Positions 1 to 13,400 of a stretch of 64,000 bases of DNA are shown one piece after another. This DNA is from Phoronis australis (taxonomy: Eukaryota; Animalia; Phoronida). The position numbers and the translations under genes were made by a program. The notes beneath the pieces are model-generated. The model was not told the origin of the DNA, did no database searches, and saw only the letters and a program-made list of their open reading frames with translations. Where the stretch lies: NCBI GenBank assembly GCA_002633005.1, contig NMRA01000147.1, positions 124,001 to 188,000 on the forward strand, in the 5' to 3' direction. Every line of letters begins with the position of its first letter. Position 1 is the stretch's first letter.

Positions 1-761
1 ACAACCTCATGGGATATTTATACCTGATAAATAACAATTTGTAATTGGTAATGAAGATTACTGAATATTTTCTCCTCTCATCAAGGGTGATCATGGGTCT
101 GTTTCATTAAAGTGACGTTACGACGCTCCCCCTTCACGATTACTAAATATATATTTACCCACATTATTATGGGCACATCACAGCCTAGAAATAATAACTT
201 ATCTCAGTAACTAACACTTGTGAGTATATTTTGGGAGACTGCACTTTTGCTTTTAAGCGAGATTTAATCAGTTTTCAGAAATTGCCGTGCGAAGCCTAAG
301 ATCATACTTCTGAGTTCTGACTTAAGTCACTTATCATGAGACAGGTCCTACAACCACGTCAAATTGTACAGGATAGGTATCTATTATTCTATGTTTGAGT
401 GCACAACAGCTTGCATGAATAACTCTCGAATACTAATTTGCAGTTTATGACCCCAGCATTAAAGCTGAAAGTTTGAGTTGAAACTTGAAACTTTGAATTC
501 TTGCATGAAATCTTGAATTTTTACTTGAATTAGTAGCTCAAATCTAGGAAACATCAAATGCGACCTTAGGACTATAAACTCGTATCCATAAACCACAATA
601 TACTGAAGCAAAAAATAATAGACACTTATCTTGAGTATACAAAAAAGTAGAATTGAAAACGCCAAAACCAATTTTTGATTTTGAGAACACGGATTAGACC
701 CCGGGTGCCGAACTAAGGCATGGAAAAACAAAACTGGTCCCTGAACGCCAGCAAGACGTAC

Positions 762-878
762 CCTTTCTGTGGCAATCCGCAGTTGGTCCTCTAACAACTC
801 ATTACGTTCCTTCAGCTCTCTGGTCGACTCGAGGAGACTCTGACCAATCTTGGCCGCTAACTCCAAGTCTCTCTCTTT
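762..878 (-). CDS. TRAK1: TRAK/Milton exon (HAP1_N coiled coil): KERDLELAAKIGQSLLESTRELKERNELLEDQLRIATER; gene continues beyond the left edge
   Basis: CAG acceptor 881-879 and GTACGT donor 761-756; 117 nt, phase 0/0; hallmark KERDLELAA(R/K)IGQSLL motif of TRAK/HAP1/Milton. Probably a pro-ortholog of TRAK1/2. Confidence 0.96.
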
Positions 879-1307
879 CTGTAAGAGAGTAAAGAGAATG
901 AAATTTGAAACCAACACAGCAGTATAGCATAAAATTTATGGGACCTTACAAACAATTTTTTTCATGGGTATGGAATAGTTGTTAGTGACCCCATTTATGT
1001 GTTCATGACAAGTTGATAATTCATAAGCATGACTAAAAAATATAAAACTTCAATTGTAAAAAGAATTTAGGTTATTAAATCCAAACACTCCGTCAAATCC
1101 CTCAAGGTCACCTCAAGCCTCTACATCATGAAGCACCACATCATAAAACAAACTGTAGTCTAATAGCGCATGCTCAAACACTTAGTGATGAGTAAAGACT
1201 GTTGAACTTCGATAAATTTCCAGTGCCATCACTGGGCATCAACTGGAATAGTGTTTTGAAAGCACACTGTCCCGGACTAAGTTCTATAATCGCAAGAATC
1301 TCACGCG

Positions 1308-1348
1308 AAAGTTAGCGCGATCACGTGTAAAGTTAGCGCGATCACGTG
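1308..1348. repeat. Two-copy 21-bp tandem repeat AAAGTTAGCGCGATCACGTG(T)
   Basis: Direct inspection; each unit contains a CACGTG E-box. Confidence 0.9.
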
Positions 1349-1487
1349 CTTCGTTTGTAATGCACGGCAATACCTTGCAGCCTTGTGTGATCTTGTGTTT
1401 TTGCCCGAGAATTTGCATCCACAGAACGAATACCGGTCTTCCCTCTAAACAAATAAGAACTTCCCATCAACAGGAAACATCACTCAC

Positions 1488-1564
1488 CTCCTCCAATAAT
1501 CTGGTTACACACTCTATGTCATTGTACGTTTTAGTCATCTGGCTAAGACGCTCAGAACATAGGG
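1488..1564 (-). CDS. TRAK1: TRAK/Milton exon: (T)LCSERLSQMTKTYNDIECVTRLLEE
   Basis: CAG acceptor 1567-1565 and GTGAGT donor 1487-1482; 77 nt, phase 1/0; matches the conserved LCxER..QMTKTYNDI..VTRLLEE motif. Not in the ORF track. Confidence 0.96.
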
Positions 1565-4500
1565 CTGAAAGAAACAAAAGAAAGTGATTTAGCACACTAG
1601 CATAGGACAACAATTCATGTCAACTCACCATAACAAAATGGAATAGCACGAAAATAGATAAATATTCTAAGCTACCATATCTCAGAGAAAGTCATCAATC
1701 ACTGGTGTAGCAAGTAACAGCAGCTGAAGCTTGAAAACTATGACAAAAGAGGAATTATAAGTGACGCAAAGAAACTGCTTCCTGAAAGACAACTTGGTAA
1801 CCAAACTGTCACAAACGCATGCTGCTGTCTAATGCTTAATGCAGTAAAAATATTTGTAAGGAATAAAATATGATGTGAAGTGAGATAGTCAACAGTGAAA
1901 TTACCTACCATTAAAAGCAGACAGAACTGAATAAAAAATGTCAATCTGATAACGCGAAAACAATAAATCATACCACAAAATAATACATTTATGGGGCTGC
2001 TGTCAGGAAAACAAAAACTGCCTGTAGCTAATGGCAATGACAAGAACATGAAAATTTCTTTACCTATACTGACAATGGAATTAAGAATGATATGATCATT
2101 TCTTATCATGAACGTTTTTATTGCACAATTGGCATCAGAGAAAAACACATGAAAGAAAATTGTAGAAAATAAAGGAGCAGCAACACAGATGAACCCATTT
2201 GAAGGTAAAATAAAGCCCATTTCAGTTACTTAGAATCAATCTTTTTGGTTTAGAAGAAAGTTTACAAACCACACCTGAGAATGACAATGGAGCAGTCACT
2301 TAACACAGCTTTAGTTTAAATCAATACTTCCTAGAATGTTACCACAGAATGAGACATCTACAGCCAGACTGTGATGAGTTAACTCCGAACAAAAAAATAG
2401 ATCAATACATGCGCTATCATATCCATTATAACACAATTATAGATACTGTGCTGCTCAAGAAATATGGACACAGGATGAACACTTTTACTCAAACCCTAGC
2501 GAGAGGGACTTGGGATTGAGCGACTTAATTCTACTTCTCTGACACAAAGTTTAACCATAAATTACAAAATGGAATTTAAAGATGGTTGTCAATTACGTAT
2601 AATGTAATTACGGAGCTGGTGACAACGTCTGCAGCCTGTCACACAAAAATGACTCAAGACTTAAGACACTACTACTTCACTGAGTTATTGGAAAAAAATG
2701 TTTAGCCAAGTAATTATAAGCATGTAGAAATTATTTCAGTAACGTTAAGTATGTATGTATATATTCTCAGAGACTTAGCACTTTTTCTCAAGTGAGATTC
2801 AATTATTTTACAGAAATACTTGTGTGGATCATAAGACTAAGTTACTAACTTTGTCTCAAGCCAATTTTCATAAAACAAACACCTGGGTTGCTTTCTGTAG
2901 ATGTGAGAAATGCTCCAAATGGCAAAAGCTGCAAGTACCGTATAAGTGTTTTGCGAGTCAGTGCTCAATACGTAGCTTAATTTTACACCCTAGCAAAATG
3001 GGCAGCCGCTAAACTGATTCACTGAGGTTGATAAAATTGGATTGCTGAATTATGAAATAGAATTTGTTGTTTCTCTTACACAAGATTTCTTCCACATTAC
3101 ACCACCCCTCCTCCAGTTCCCTGACTGAACATGTCACACGCAGAGGAACATATGGCCCTTTAAATGAGACACACAGGACTGTTTACAAAAGATTACAACT
3201 GTGCAATGACTATAAAGATTTCATACATTTGTTCAATGGGTTTATGCAATAGTGCCCTTCAATGCACCCTCAGTTTCCCAAACTGCAGAAATGAGGCATT
3301 CAGAAGGATGCTATGAACTCCTATCATAAATTATAGACCCAGGCTTCCTGTTTAATTCTTCTATTACCTATAAACAGTTCCCAGTTTATGTAGGCTGCTA
3401 TCAACAGTACCCTTTATGGACAATTAATCCAGAACAAATACCTTAGGTCAAAAGTTCATGCAGCACAGTATTGATCCTGCTCCAGGTTCCTCAAACATTA
3501 CCTGGGTCATTTACCCACCAGCCATGAGAAAAAATAAGGACATGGATGCCCAGGGCCCCCCCCACCCCAAACAAGANATACACGGGACATGCCCAGCCAA
3601 AGAGTGACACTTACAACAAAATTCATTACAAAAGGTTCACTTTCAATTGGGACTTCCAGACTCTATACAAAGTTCTATTTTCCAATTACTAGTCGAGTTT
3701 TCAATATCGTCTATGTCTCAAACTTGGTTGTTGTGAATGATGCACTAATTTTTGACAACATAGAACCTTGTCTTCAACTGCTTATGGCTTCATGGGTTAA
3801 ATATTTGGCTGTCTACAATCCCTAAGTTGATGGAAGCAACCGGGAAGTTTCTAGAACAAAACCTTGTGAAAAGATGACTGGTTCACGTAGGTAAGCTCCC
3901 CACAAATGTGTACCTTTTTTGAGTCCACCCTCTAAATGGGTGGGTATCCCAACATTCCAACTGCACCTCAGCCAGGATGGCTCAATTTGTCAAGTATGGC
4001 ACAATACCACTGGACAGTCTCAACTCCACAACTCCACTCACACTGACCATGAAATGGCCAGTTCAGAGGACAGTCGCCTGAACTCAATCGCTCAGTCAGT
4101 ATCAGACAATAAGCATCACCTATGAAACAAAACCTACCTATCCTTGTTATAACAACCATATATCACACTAGTTCTGTAGTTACATGCTGTATCAATAAGC
4201 CTAATCTGAACCTATCCATTTAGATTGATTGGACGAATCTGTGACCTTTGTAACTATTCAGTAGACCTCTGTCACTTCATTATACAACAAGACCGTAACA
4301 TGTTAAAAACATACCTGGGATGTTCTAATATCAGGTACACCCTCCCTTACATTGCCACTGACCCTATCCACTTCCTGGCTAGAATTATAAATGACCTTTG
4401 TAAGGGCAGTCTTGTAAGTATTCCACAAGACTGCCACTTCACAGCACAGGCGAGTGTGCAACCCTACAGTGTACATACCAGGATAAAACACACGCAGCAG

Positions 4501-5084
4501 TTGGCTGATATTACAGTGTTATCTGCTGGCTGCATATTGACATAGAAAGTGAATCATACAAACATAGTGTTCAGTATTGATCAATGCAGTGTGGAGTAAG
4601 GCAAGGTCTGGAGACACAAACTGTCACATAGGATTCAGTGACAAGGGACCCAGAAGGGACATGTCTCCAAGATATTGATATACAGTAAATAGATGATTCG
4701 TTACCTACCGGTATTTAACACACAATATGGTGGACAAGTGAAATGTTATACTGCCAAATTTCCACAAAAGCATAGATGAATAAAATTGTAGGCCATTAGT
4801 AGCTTAATCTGCACTATAGCACTAATTATGAATATTTCAACCCAATGTACCCCTCCCTCCAGTTAAAACTTTACGATGCAGGGATCTCAACTGTGTCCTC
4901 CTACAGATGATTGTTGACTGGTCGTCTGTACTGTGTAGACAGTCATAAAACATTTGGTAAAGCTCCCACTATTCACAGCAATGCTTTGAAAAACAGAACA
5001 ACTACAATTTCCGCTATAATTTTTGTGTAAAATAAATGGAAAATTCATGTAGAACAAGAAAAATGCAAGAAATACTTAATTTTT

Positions 5085-5162
5085 CACACACACACACATG
5101 CACGCACACACACACACACACGCACACACACACACACGCACGCCCACGCACACACACACACA
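5085..5162. repeat. Interrupted (CA)n microsatellite
   Basis: Direct inspection. Confidence 0.97.
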
Positions 5163-7144
5163 ATGCAGGCATTTTCAGCCCTTTTGGCATCAAGGAAAAA
5201 TCACGAATCATAACAAATTTGCTAAGAAAAAATGATCCATTTTTTATGGAAACCCATTTCAAATTGAAGATTTATATAGTCTACCTATACTCTTACTGGA
5301 GGCTTAACTATTCATAAAAAGCAGCTATCCAGGTCTTTGGATAGTGTCTTCTTGACGAAAATTATTGCTGATGAATTGTGACAGTGACGATTCTGAACAA
5401 AAATTTACAGCACAAACAAACCAAAAAAGTCACTATTAAACCACACTAACAGTATTGCAACAGCTAGATGTTCTGTTAATGGTCATTATTTTAGATATGT
5501 ACATATTCAAACTGAATATCATTAAATATGATGTCAAGGTCTGCAAAGTTTGCTTGCATTTTCCTCCACAGTCCACATGTTCAACTGCCCTTCAACTATT
5601 AAAATGCATCTACCGTCAGCATTGACATCACTGTAATTGTTTTTCTGGAAAGAGCTGCATTCTGTAGACCTAATTAAGCCAGCACTTGCAACAAAAATAT
5701 TCAGTTATGGAACAGAAAGAGTGAATTCTATCAATTTATGAATTCTGATCCACAATTCAACATTCCAACCTCAATAACCAATCACGTCAGTAGCCACCAT
5801 TTTGACTAGAAAAATCTCTCAAACTACTGGACTTTCACTCCCATGACTTAATTTGCGTAGTCTTGGTGTACAGACCACCCTCCTCTTCTGCCATGAGACC
5901 TCTCAAAGACTATACTTCCTGGTTCATTAAAATTTAGGAAACTCATCACAAAAGAACCATATCTTATTGATAGAAACATGCCCCTTGGAATCCTTAACTC
6001 AAAGTAAAACACCAGAACTCACTTAGTCACAAACAAGACAAACCACTCCAACAGAATCAGGTCTCATGCAATACCATTCCTACAATAACCGCGTGGAATA
6101 TGGCGGTCAGTTACAGTGGTTCCTGATGGCTGATTACCAGACAAGAATCTGTGTCAGACCTTGGTGTTCTATTAATAACTTACAGCTGGTGGTGATGGAG
6201 AGAACTTCCTCACTAACGGCCAGGGGAGGCAACTACTGGATGGTGGCAAACCAGGCTCTCAACAAAAGAGCAACTGATGCTTTTCAATGTGCAAAATCAA
6301 CAATGAATTGCGAAAATGGCTCCATGGACACTTTGAAATATTTTTGAAGTTTGAAACTAAATAGACAACGAGGATACCAAGAACGACTGCTTCCAAAATT
6401 CAGCAGAAATCGCCAAGTTGAAGACATGCGAGACTTCGATAAAAGATAACCACTTAAAGACTGAAATATTTTCTTTAAAAAAGCATACAAAATAATGATA
6501 GAAGATGCTATCAACTTACAAGTCAGATCACTCATAGATGACCAGGCATGAGAAAGATAGACCACCGGCGCCATCGTGGTACCTTTGGAGTAGGAACACC
6601 CAAACTACTAGACAGCTCTATTTTGTGAACTTAAACTGACCGAAAACAATCAACTCCTAAATTTATACCTAAGTAGGCTTACATGTAGTCGTAAACACAA
6701 AGCGAAGATAAGGCTTGTTTATATTCTTCTACCTGAGAGGTTATGAACTCTCACAGACAGTAAACGTAAACACAGGAGTCCCTAGTCAGACTCCCTTTAT
6801 CAGGAAACAGGGTATCAGTGGACTAAATTGGGCCACCTTAAGGACAGTCGCACGGGTAGTGAGATTCCCTGCTCTGAGCGCTCTTACAAAACCTACACAC
6901 AATGTCGTCAACATCAAGGATTTTATTTAGTTCACTTAACACATAATTCAGCGAAGAAAAGTAATTAACCGAGAACAAAGCCTTTTCTTATTATACACTA
7001 TTTGAAATATCAGGTTTGGTAGCAGTTCTTCACTGACACGGCTTTAAATCAGTATAGCACTTCGTTAACACATACTTCGTTGAAAACGGGATAAAACTTT
7101 TTGTTAGCAAGCTTGATACAGAGTCACTCGCAGTGTCGAAAGAA

Positions 7145-7543
7145 TCTCCTTTCTTCGGGTGTGCAGCTATGTAGCAAAACACCGAGAGACATAACAAACA
7201 AAACAAATTAAAACACTAGCTATATTTCGAGACTGCATGTCACATCATCAGGCAATAAGTGGGATGAACATATACCAAGAGAAATAAACAGTGAAATACA
7301 TGGTAGGATTAAGCCCACAAGCCTATCGAAGCATTGTTGCATTCACACTCTCTGCTTGTATGCCCCTCTTCCCACTGTCACATGTATTTTACTATTTATC
7401 TTCTCTTCCTATATGTTCATTCCACTTATTGCCTGATAATGAGACATGCAGTCTCCAAATATTAACTAGTGTTTTAATCAATTTGCTTGTTAGTTATGTC
7501 TCTCGGTGTTTAGCTACATAGCTGCACACCTGCAGAAAGGAGA
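7145..7543. repeat. Long fold-back (arms 7145-7302 and 7381-7543, about 80-nt spacer), probably inverted Penelope-like pLTR fragments
   Basis: Arms are clear reverse complements (GGTGTGCAGCTATGTAGC/GCTACATAGCTGCACACC; CAGGCAATAAGTGG/CCACTTATTGCCTG); each arm carries a hammerhead-like motif. Confidence 0.9.
7214..7261 (-). ncRNA. Minimal type I hammerhead ribozyme motif with intact core
   Basis: Minus strand reads CACTTATTGC-CTGATGA-T-GTGAC-atgca-GTCTC-GAAA-TA-TA-GCTAGTG: CUGAUGA box, stem II (one mismatch; perfect GAGAC/GTCTC in the other arm), GAAA box, palindromic mini stem III and UH site. Confidence 0.55.
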
Positions 7544-10376
7544 ATGTACGAAGACCATCAGCCGCAACACAGTTCTGGCACATTTGTGGAAGTCTGTGCA
7601 CTGCCTACACGTCCGGGTTTTCAGCTGTGGAGAACACTCATTAAACACCAAACCATCATCCATTGAATACGTTATGTTCTCATTTTAATATAATGATATG
7701 AAAGACACTAATTAGGACATTTGCCGCAGACTTGACCTCGACAGGGCATCACCAACTTCTGGTCTATTTTTGTAAGGAAACATTTAACAAAAACCACGAG
7801 ATGCTAACTAGGACAAACTTTCCAAAAACTAGGAGCTGATTAAGCTGACTGAAACTTTTTAAGTGAAATTACATTTCAGAATTTCAGCAGTCTACAAAAC
7901 TATAGACAACATGACCTTAGACCATATACCTTGATAAAATGGGCCTTCTTACAACAGAAAGTCTACAAACCTATTGAAAAAGTACAAGACGCTGTGCAAA
8001 GGGTTTTTGTAACGCAGCTTTGAGTGAACACCTTGCGTGAACACCGGAACTTAACATACTATTATTAGTAGTTATTACGCACACAATACTAAATTAATAT
8101 TTAGCTACATACCTTGGCATAAATATTGAAAAAATAACAACCATTGACTTACGACACAGCCATGCTTAAAAGAAAGTGCTGAGTGTTTATTGAGAAGTCT
8201 GACCTAAACTAGAATCCTTGCTTGAGTACCTAACAGGTGAATAACCATATTTAAGGAGTGAGAAGTCTGTAAGCTATGAAATTACTGACTTGTGATAATA
8301 AATATTGTGAAAACATAATGACTTGGATGGTAGTAAGATGGCCCATTGTATCACCCTACTGCCCCCTGACAAAGGTGAAATGGCCTACGTGACTGAGCTC
8401 AGGTAGACTCCTGCATTTATTGATGGTTTATCTCAGCAAAATTCCTGAAGATGAAATTCAACTATGCATAGTTGGGTCCCTGATAACCCTTATTATCTGA
8501 CCAGTGGCGATATTTCACCAAAAGTTATCAGCAAAAAGGGACTTACTGGTAATTCTACTTAATTTTTGTCTGAAGATTTTCCCTGCCTTAGACCTGTATC
8601 ATTAGCAGGTAGTTAAGCTCAATGTGTCTCAACAGGCAATAAAATGTCTAAGCTAAAAACTTAAAGATAAGCATTCTTTTATCATTGTAATATTGTAATA
8701 TAACACCTAGAAATAGAATTTTCCAATACAATAAAATTATAAATGCTGAGATTTACAATCAAAATATAATAAAGTGTGACAAATTCAACAACTTTAGGGA
8801 CTGCTCACAATAGTCACTTTCTGCAATATCAGAGCGACCCCTATGATTGTGCTGTATTTTCCTACAATGGGGGGCGCATCCGTTGGGCATTTGTCCCACA
8901 GCTGCCTACAGCAGCCTGCTTAAGTGACAATTACTAGTTTACACTAAAGTTAGTTTGTAGTTTGTTTTACTCTTGTAATGAATTACAAGCAGATATAAAC
9001 AAATTAGCTGAATGAGGAACCATAAATGGTCTTCACTTGTCCAATGCAACTCAAAAGTGTTAGCTGCCCTACAATTGGAAAACTACGCCTATCATAAAAG
9101 GAGCTATTCTACCTCTGCAAATGAAGAGCAGTGATTTTTGAATTCCACGAGTGTACAAAGCATGCTTTCAGGATGAAGAGGGTCTTAGTTTGCTTTCAGC
9201 CCAGACTCTTGATGACATGTCAACATCTTTGAATATGTTCAGGAAAGACACGACGGGAAATGTACGTTTTGCACGCTCATCAAAATAGCGATAATTTAAC
9301 AGACCCCTTACAGTAATCTGTCTTCAATTGTGAACAAAAATAATCGTCAATGCGGTGTTTTTGCATTTGTTAAAGGCTGGTTACAAAGCAAAACTCTCAA
9401 AATTTTACCAAAGTTTTGTTTTGTGATAAAAGTTCAATACAAGCCCTGATAACGATGAAGAGAAGTTCTTCCCAACACTTCACCATCTATTCGCTGAATT
9501 CAGGCCACGTACTATGATGACTTCATCTCTTACAACATTACTGTTTCAAAAGAGAAGGGCAACACAAAAAGCTATTGTGATTAGAAAAAACGACCAAAGC
9601 GAGTTGAAAAAAATTCAGTGCACCCAAACAATTACTTAATAAGCTCTAAACAGTATCCCTAGATACTCTTTATCAGCAAGTCATCACATAAGAGAAACTT
9701 AAGACTAACTCAACACATTTTTTTTGATATTACAAATATTGGCTATTGTACATTATCAGTGTATGTCTTAGCTTTTATGCAGACAGCTCGTTTACAGTCA
9801 TGACTTGCAGATCTTAATCACAAAATGTGATAGTTATAATCAAGATAATCAGGACACCGTAAATAAATGCGCCCTGGCTGAATATATCATCTATATCTGT
9901 CATTTTCTTTATCTTCTGGCATTTTAACTCCTCAATAGGTGACATACCATGAAATGTATTTGATTTGACATTTACAGCTGATGCTTTTGCTGAACAGCCA
10001 TCTTGTATTTTACTGCGCCATATAATTTGTTTACATATTAATTTACATGATTTATTAGCGCACACATTTAAACAATCATGTAAAACTTCAATCTTGATGG
10101 TTTTTATTGCTAACAATTGTATTATAATTATTTTGGTATAAATAAAGAGAAATGGCAGAAATTATAGCATGTAACTAAGAAATTAGACAATAATAACGAT
10201 AATAATAATGACGATGATAATGATAACAACACGACTTTTATGGAATTAATGCAAATACAACCCCTCCGCAAATGTCAACATTAAAACCAGCAAAGTGAAC
10301 TATGACTCTGCCTCAACATACCCCAACCTGGCCCACTTTCCTTCTCAAAAACTGTAACTCCATAACACACCCTTAC

Positions 10377-10473
10377 CTGGCCCACCCTCCTCCTCAAACA
10401 CTGCATCTTCATATTCTTCGGCCGGGCTGCAGGCTGGGTTATTATTTTCCACATCACTAGGAGAGCGCAACAT
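10377..10473 (-). CDS. TRAK1: Candidate alternative first coding exon of TRAK: MLRSPSDVENNNPACSPAEEYEDAVFEEEGGP
   Basis: ATG at 10473, 32 open codons plus 1 nt, strong CAG|GTAAGG donor; phase 1 fits the exon starting at 1564; GC-richer than the flanks. Confidence 0.6.
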
Positions 10474-13400
10474 CTTTCACGGACATCTCATAAACACTAA
10501 ATGATGCGAGGCTACGTGACTCCATGTAAATACACCAAACTCAGACAAGTTGCCCCAAAATGAAATTTCCGGTGAAGACCACAGGTTTATAGAAAATTTA
10601 AAGGCCCTAGAGCTAAAGAGCTTTTCCACAGGTAAACAACTACCAGGCTCCATGTAAAATGTGGAATGCAGGTTAGCATTTAGTGAGGTTCATGCAGTTA
10701 TGAAAACAGCATAAGCCTATTATGCATTCATAAAACTGTCTAGATGTAACTTTTCTATAAATCATTGTTAGTGATTGAATAGGAAACGGCCTCGGGTAAA
10801 CATTGGACTGTATGAAAGCCAGAATTGTAATGGTGTAAGAGTGAGTGGTAAAATCAATGACTAGCTTAGTTGGCACAAAATCAAGTTTGATATGAAATGA
10901 CATTGACATTAACAAAACAACCAATAAAATACACAGCCTATGTACATATGTATTTACGCTTGCCAGTAGTTTTGCAGAAAATGATAAATTTTCAAGTTTT
11001 GAGTTTCTTTTCAAAGGATAGCTACCTAATGTCACAATGAACTGAGTTTTACCAAAGGTAGTTTTATGACAGTTATGCAGTATAAAATGCAGCAAATATA
11101 CTAAATTTTAATTGTTTATTTTGCTGAGAAATTTGAAACGTAATCATAAACTTGCATAATAGATACTTCTGTCCCAAGGTGGCTTTAGTCATTATACTAA
11201 TCCCAAACATTTTAAGACAAAGCGAAAAAAGCAAAGTTGACCCATTTTGAGACCAGTGCACACGAATTACAAAAAATTGCCCACCTGCATCAATTTCAGC
11301 CAAAGTCTCATTTCTGTTTGATAAGCTGCATAATGGCACGTCACCAAGGTAACCAAAATTTGGAAACCATTATTTGCCAAGCGATGAGAAAAAGGAAATA
11401 CAAATTCCGCGTCATTTTTGCTCGTCTCAGTTGCATTTTCTTCTTTGAAAAATTAAGCAACTTGAAAAATTCTGCACCTATACCACCGACTGAATATTTA
11501 AAAAAAATGACCAGAACCAAGTCAGCTTTTTGGTCTTATGCACAGCATTCTTCTATAACATTCTCATATCTAACCTGATCTCAATTCAGTTTTCACTTTG
11601 AAATTGCAATCATTTCCGACATGTTGGGGAAGCAAAAAGGCAGAAATAGTATCAGAAAATCATCTCATTTCCAAATATGCCAAACTGAGTTTCGATGAAA
11701 AATTCCAGAAGTTTATTATGTAATAAGACAAAAGTCTGGTCTAAGCTAACATTCTTGCAACTTTAATTTTCATTTGCCAAAACACTATGCTCAGGAAGGT
11801 GGTCGTCAGGTCTGAATATAGAAAATTATTCACCTTGCATTGGTTGCAACATTTTCACACTTATAAAAAACCCAGCATAGCATTTGCAATAACATGCTTA
11901 CAACCCCTGTCAAAACATGCCACAGGGAACTAATAGAAACACTTTCAATCAAAGAATATTTAGGTTAACACAATTTCCTTTTATATTTTCATCTAATGAC
12001 TGTAATGCTTGAGTTTATAGATTTTTTTAAATGAAAGACGATGGACACATAAAAGGCAGGTCACTTAACACTCCTAGAATCTTAACAATTTTTACCAGAA
12101 ACCATTTTTAAATTCATTGACAGGCTTTTAAAACCACTTCACTGATGAAAAATGCAATGATACAAAAGAGACCTTAACCTAAATTTCTTACTCGGTGATT
12201 AACCTACAATTTTTCACTTTAAAAGTTGAGGGGATACTTTGTTTGTAAAAACATGTCCATAATGTCGAAAGCCATTAATTTTCATTTCCACAAGATCAGG
12301 GGCCTATTTCATAAAAGGTGACCGAAAGCTAAAAAAAGACAGAAATTGTGTCTTCCACTCCACAAAACTTATTGTGGAAAATAGTGAAATCTCAATTCCC
12401 CAAAGTACGGTCAATGAAAACATCCAATTTTTTTTAATCAGATAACTCGTATGCATTACTACTAAATTACAGTATGCCTACAATAAAAAATTTGCCAAAT
12501 CTTTTTAGTAAAAGCAAAACGGAGGCCCAAAGCAAAATTCTGATTTACAATAAAATTTCACAAATTTAAGACGCACCGCAGACTACTGAAATTTAACTTT
12601 TTTATTTTTCGATGAAAGCAAAGTGGCATCAAATACATGCTTTTATTATCACTTTTAAGTTCTATATAATAGCTACGCAAGTTCATCACCATCAGGAAAT
12701 ATTTTGAGGACTTTTGGGCATTTACAACAATGGAAGTCTTTGAGATAATGAAAAAAAATCAGTTATGGCAATTTGCTTTGTCTGAAATTGGTGAAATTTT
12801 ACCATAAGCCAGAAGTCAATTTTCATGAAACATAGATTTACTTTCTCCCATAATTAACATACCGTAAACACTATTTTTTGAGAAACAAACAAGTCCAAAA
12901 TAAAGGACTTACCGTCATACCATTGTAATTGAGTCCCAAAAAAAAAGTTTCAATGTTCTAAATATTCACCACTTTAGGACACACTATGGCAAACAGGTGA
13001 AATTTCATTTTCACATTTTTGCACATAACATATTTAGCCCAAAGGCAGTGCTTTACAATGTTCAAGTTTTGTATGACATCTACCATCACCCAAAATTTCT
13101 AAGCACTAACAACAATGTAAGATGACCTTGAGATACCATAAAAGGACAATTTATGCTATCATTTTTGCCTGAAATTGACAAGATTTTACGGAACACAAGA
13201 GACGCACCAATGCTTCTTATTTATAATAAAAATAATTTAACACTACTGATTCAGAAAGAAAAGTGGAATTTTATTTTGTCGAAATTCACAACGCCAGTAA
13301 ATGATCTGAACTTCTGAGTTTGACAACACGGTTTGCTGTGTACAGTTGCCATTCATTCACATTTTGGAGATTTTTTGCATTTGCAACAATTGACCATTTC

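Noticed and set aside
1738-2220. 160-aa hydrophobic minus-strand ORF (likewise 10673-11095 and 46843-47307)
   Set aside because: T-rich non-coding composition produces F/L/I-rich frames; no motifs or splice support.
5014-5317. ORFs with HT/CV repeats
   Set aside because: Translation of the (CA)n microsatellite.
6023-6260. Minus-strand GTGAGT and GTAAGT donors at 6022 and 6183
   Set aside because: Upstream frames contain stops or have the wrong phase for the next TRAK exon.
3589-6930. Scattered peptide snippets resembling CR1/L2 LINE ORF2 (RLYTKFYFP, ICQVWHN, GQLQWF, SVSDLGVL, VNVNTGVP)
   Set aside because: Each is a few residues long, out of order and unalignable by eye; possibly very old LINE debris, but not supportable without a profile search.
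8795-9130. Faint inverted similarity between about 8800-8880 and 9060-9130
   Set aside because: Too degenerate to define termini by eye.
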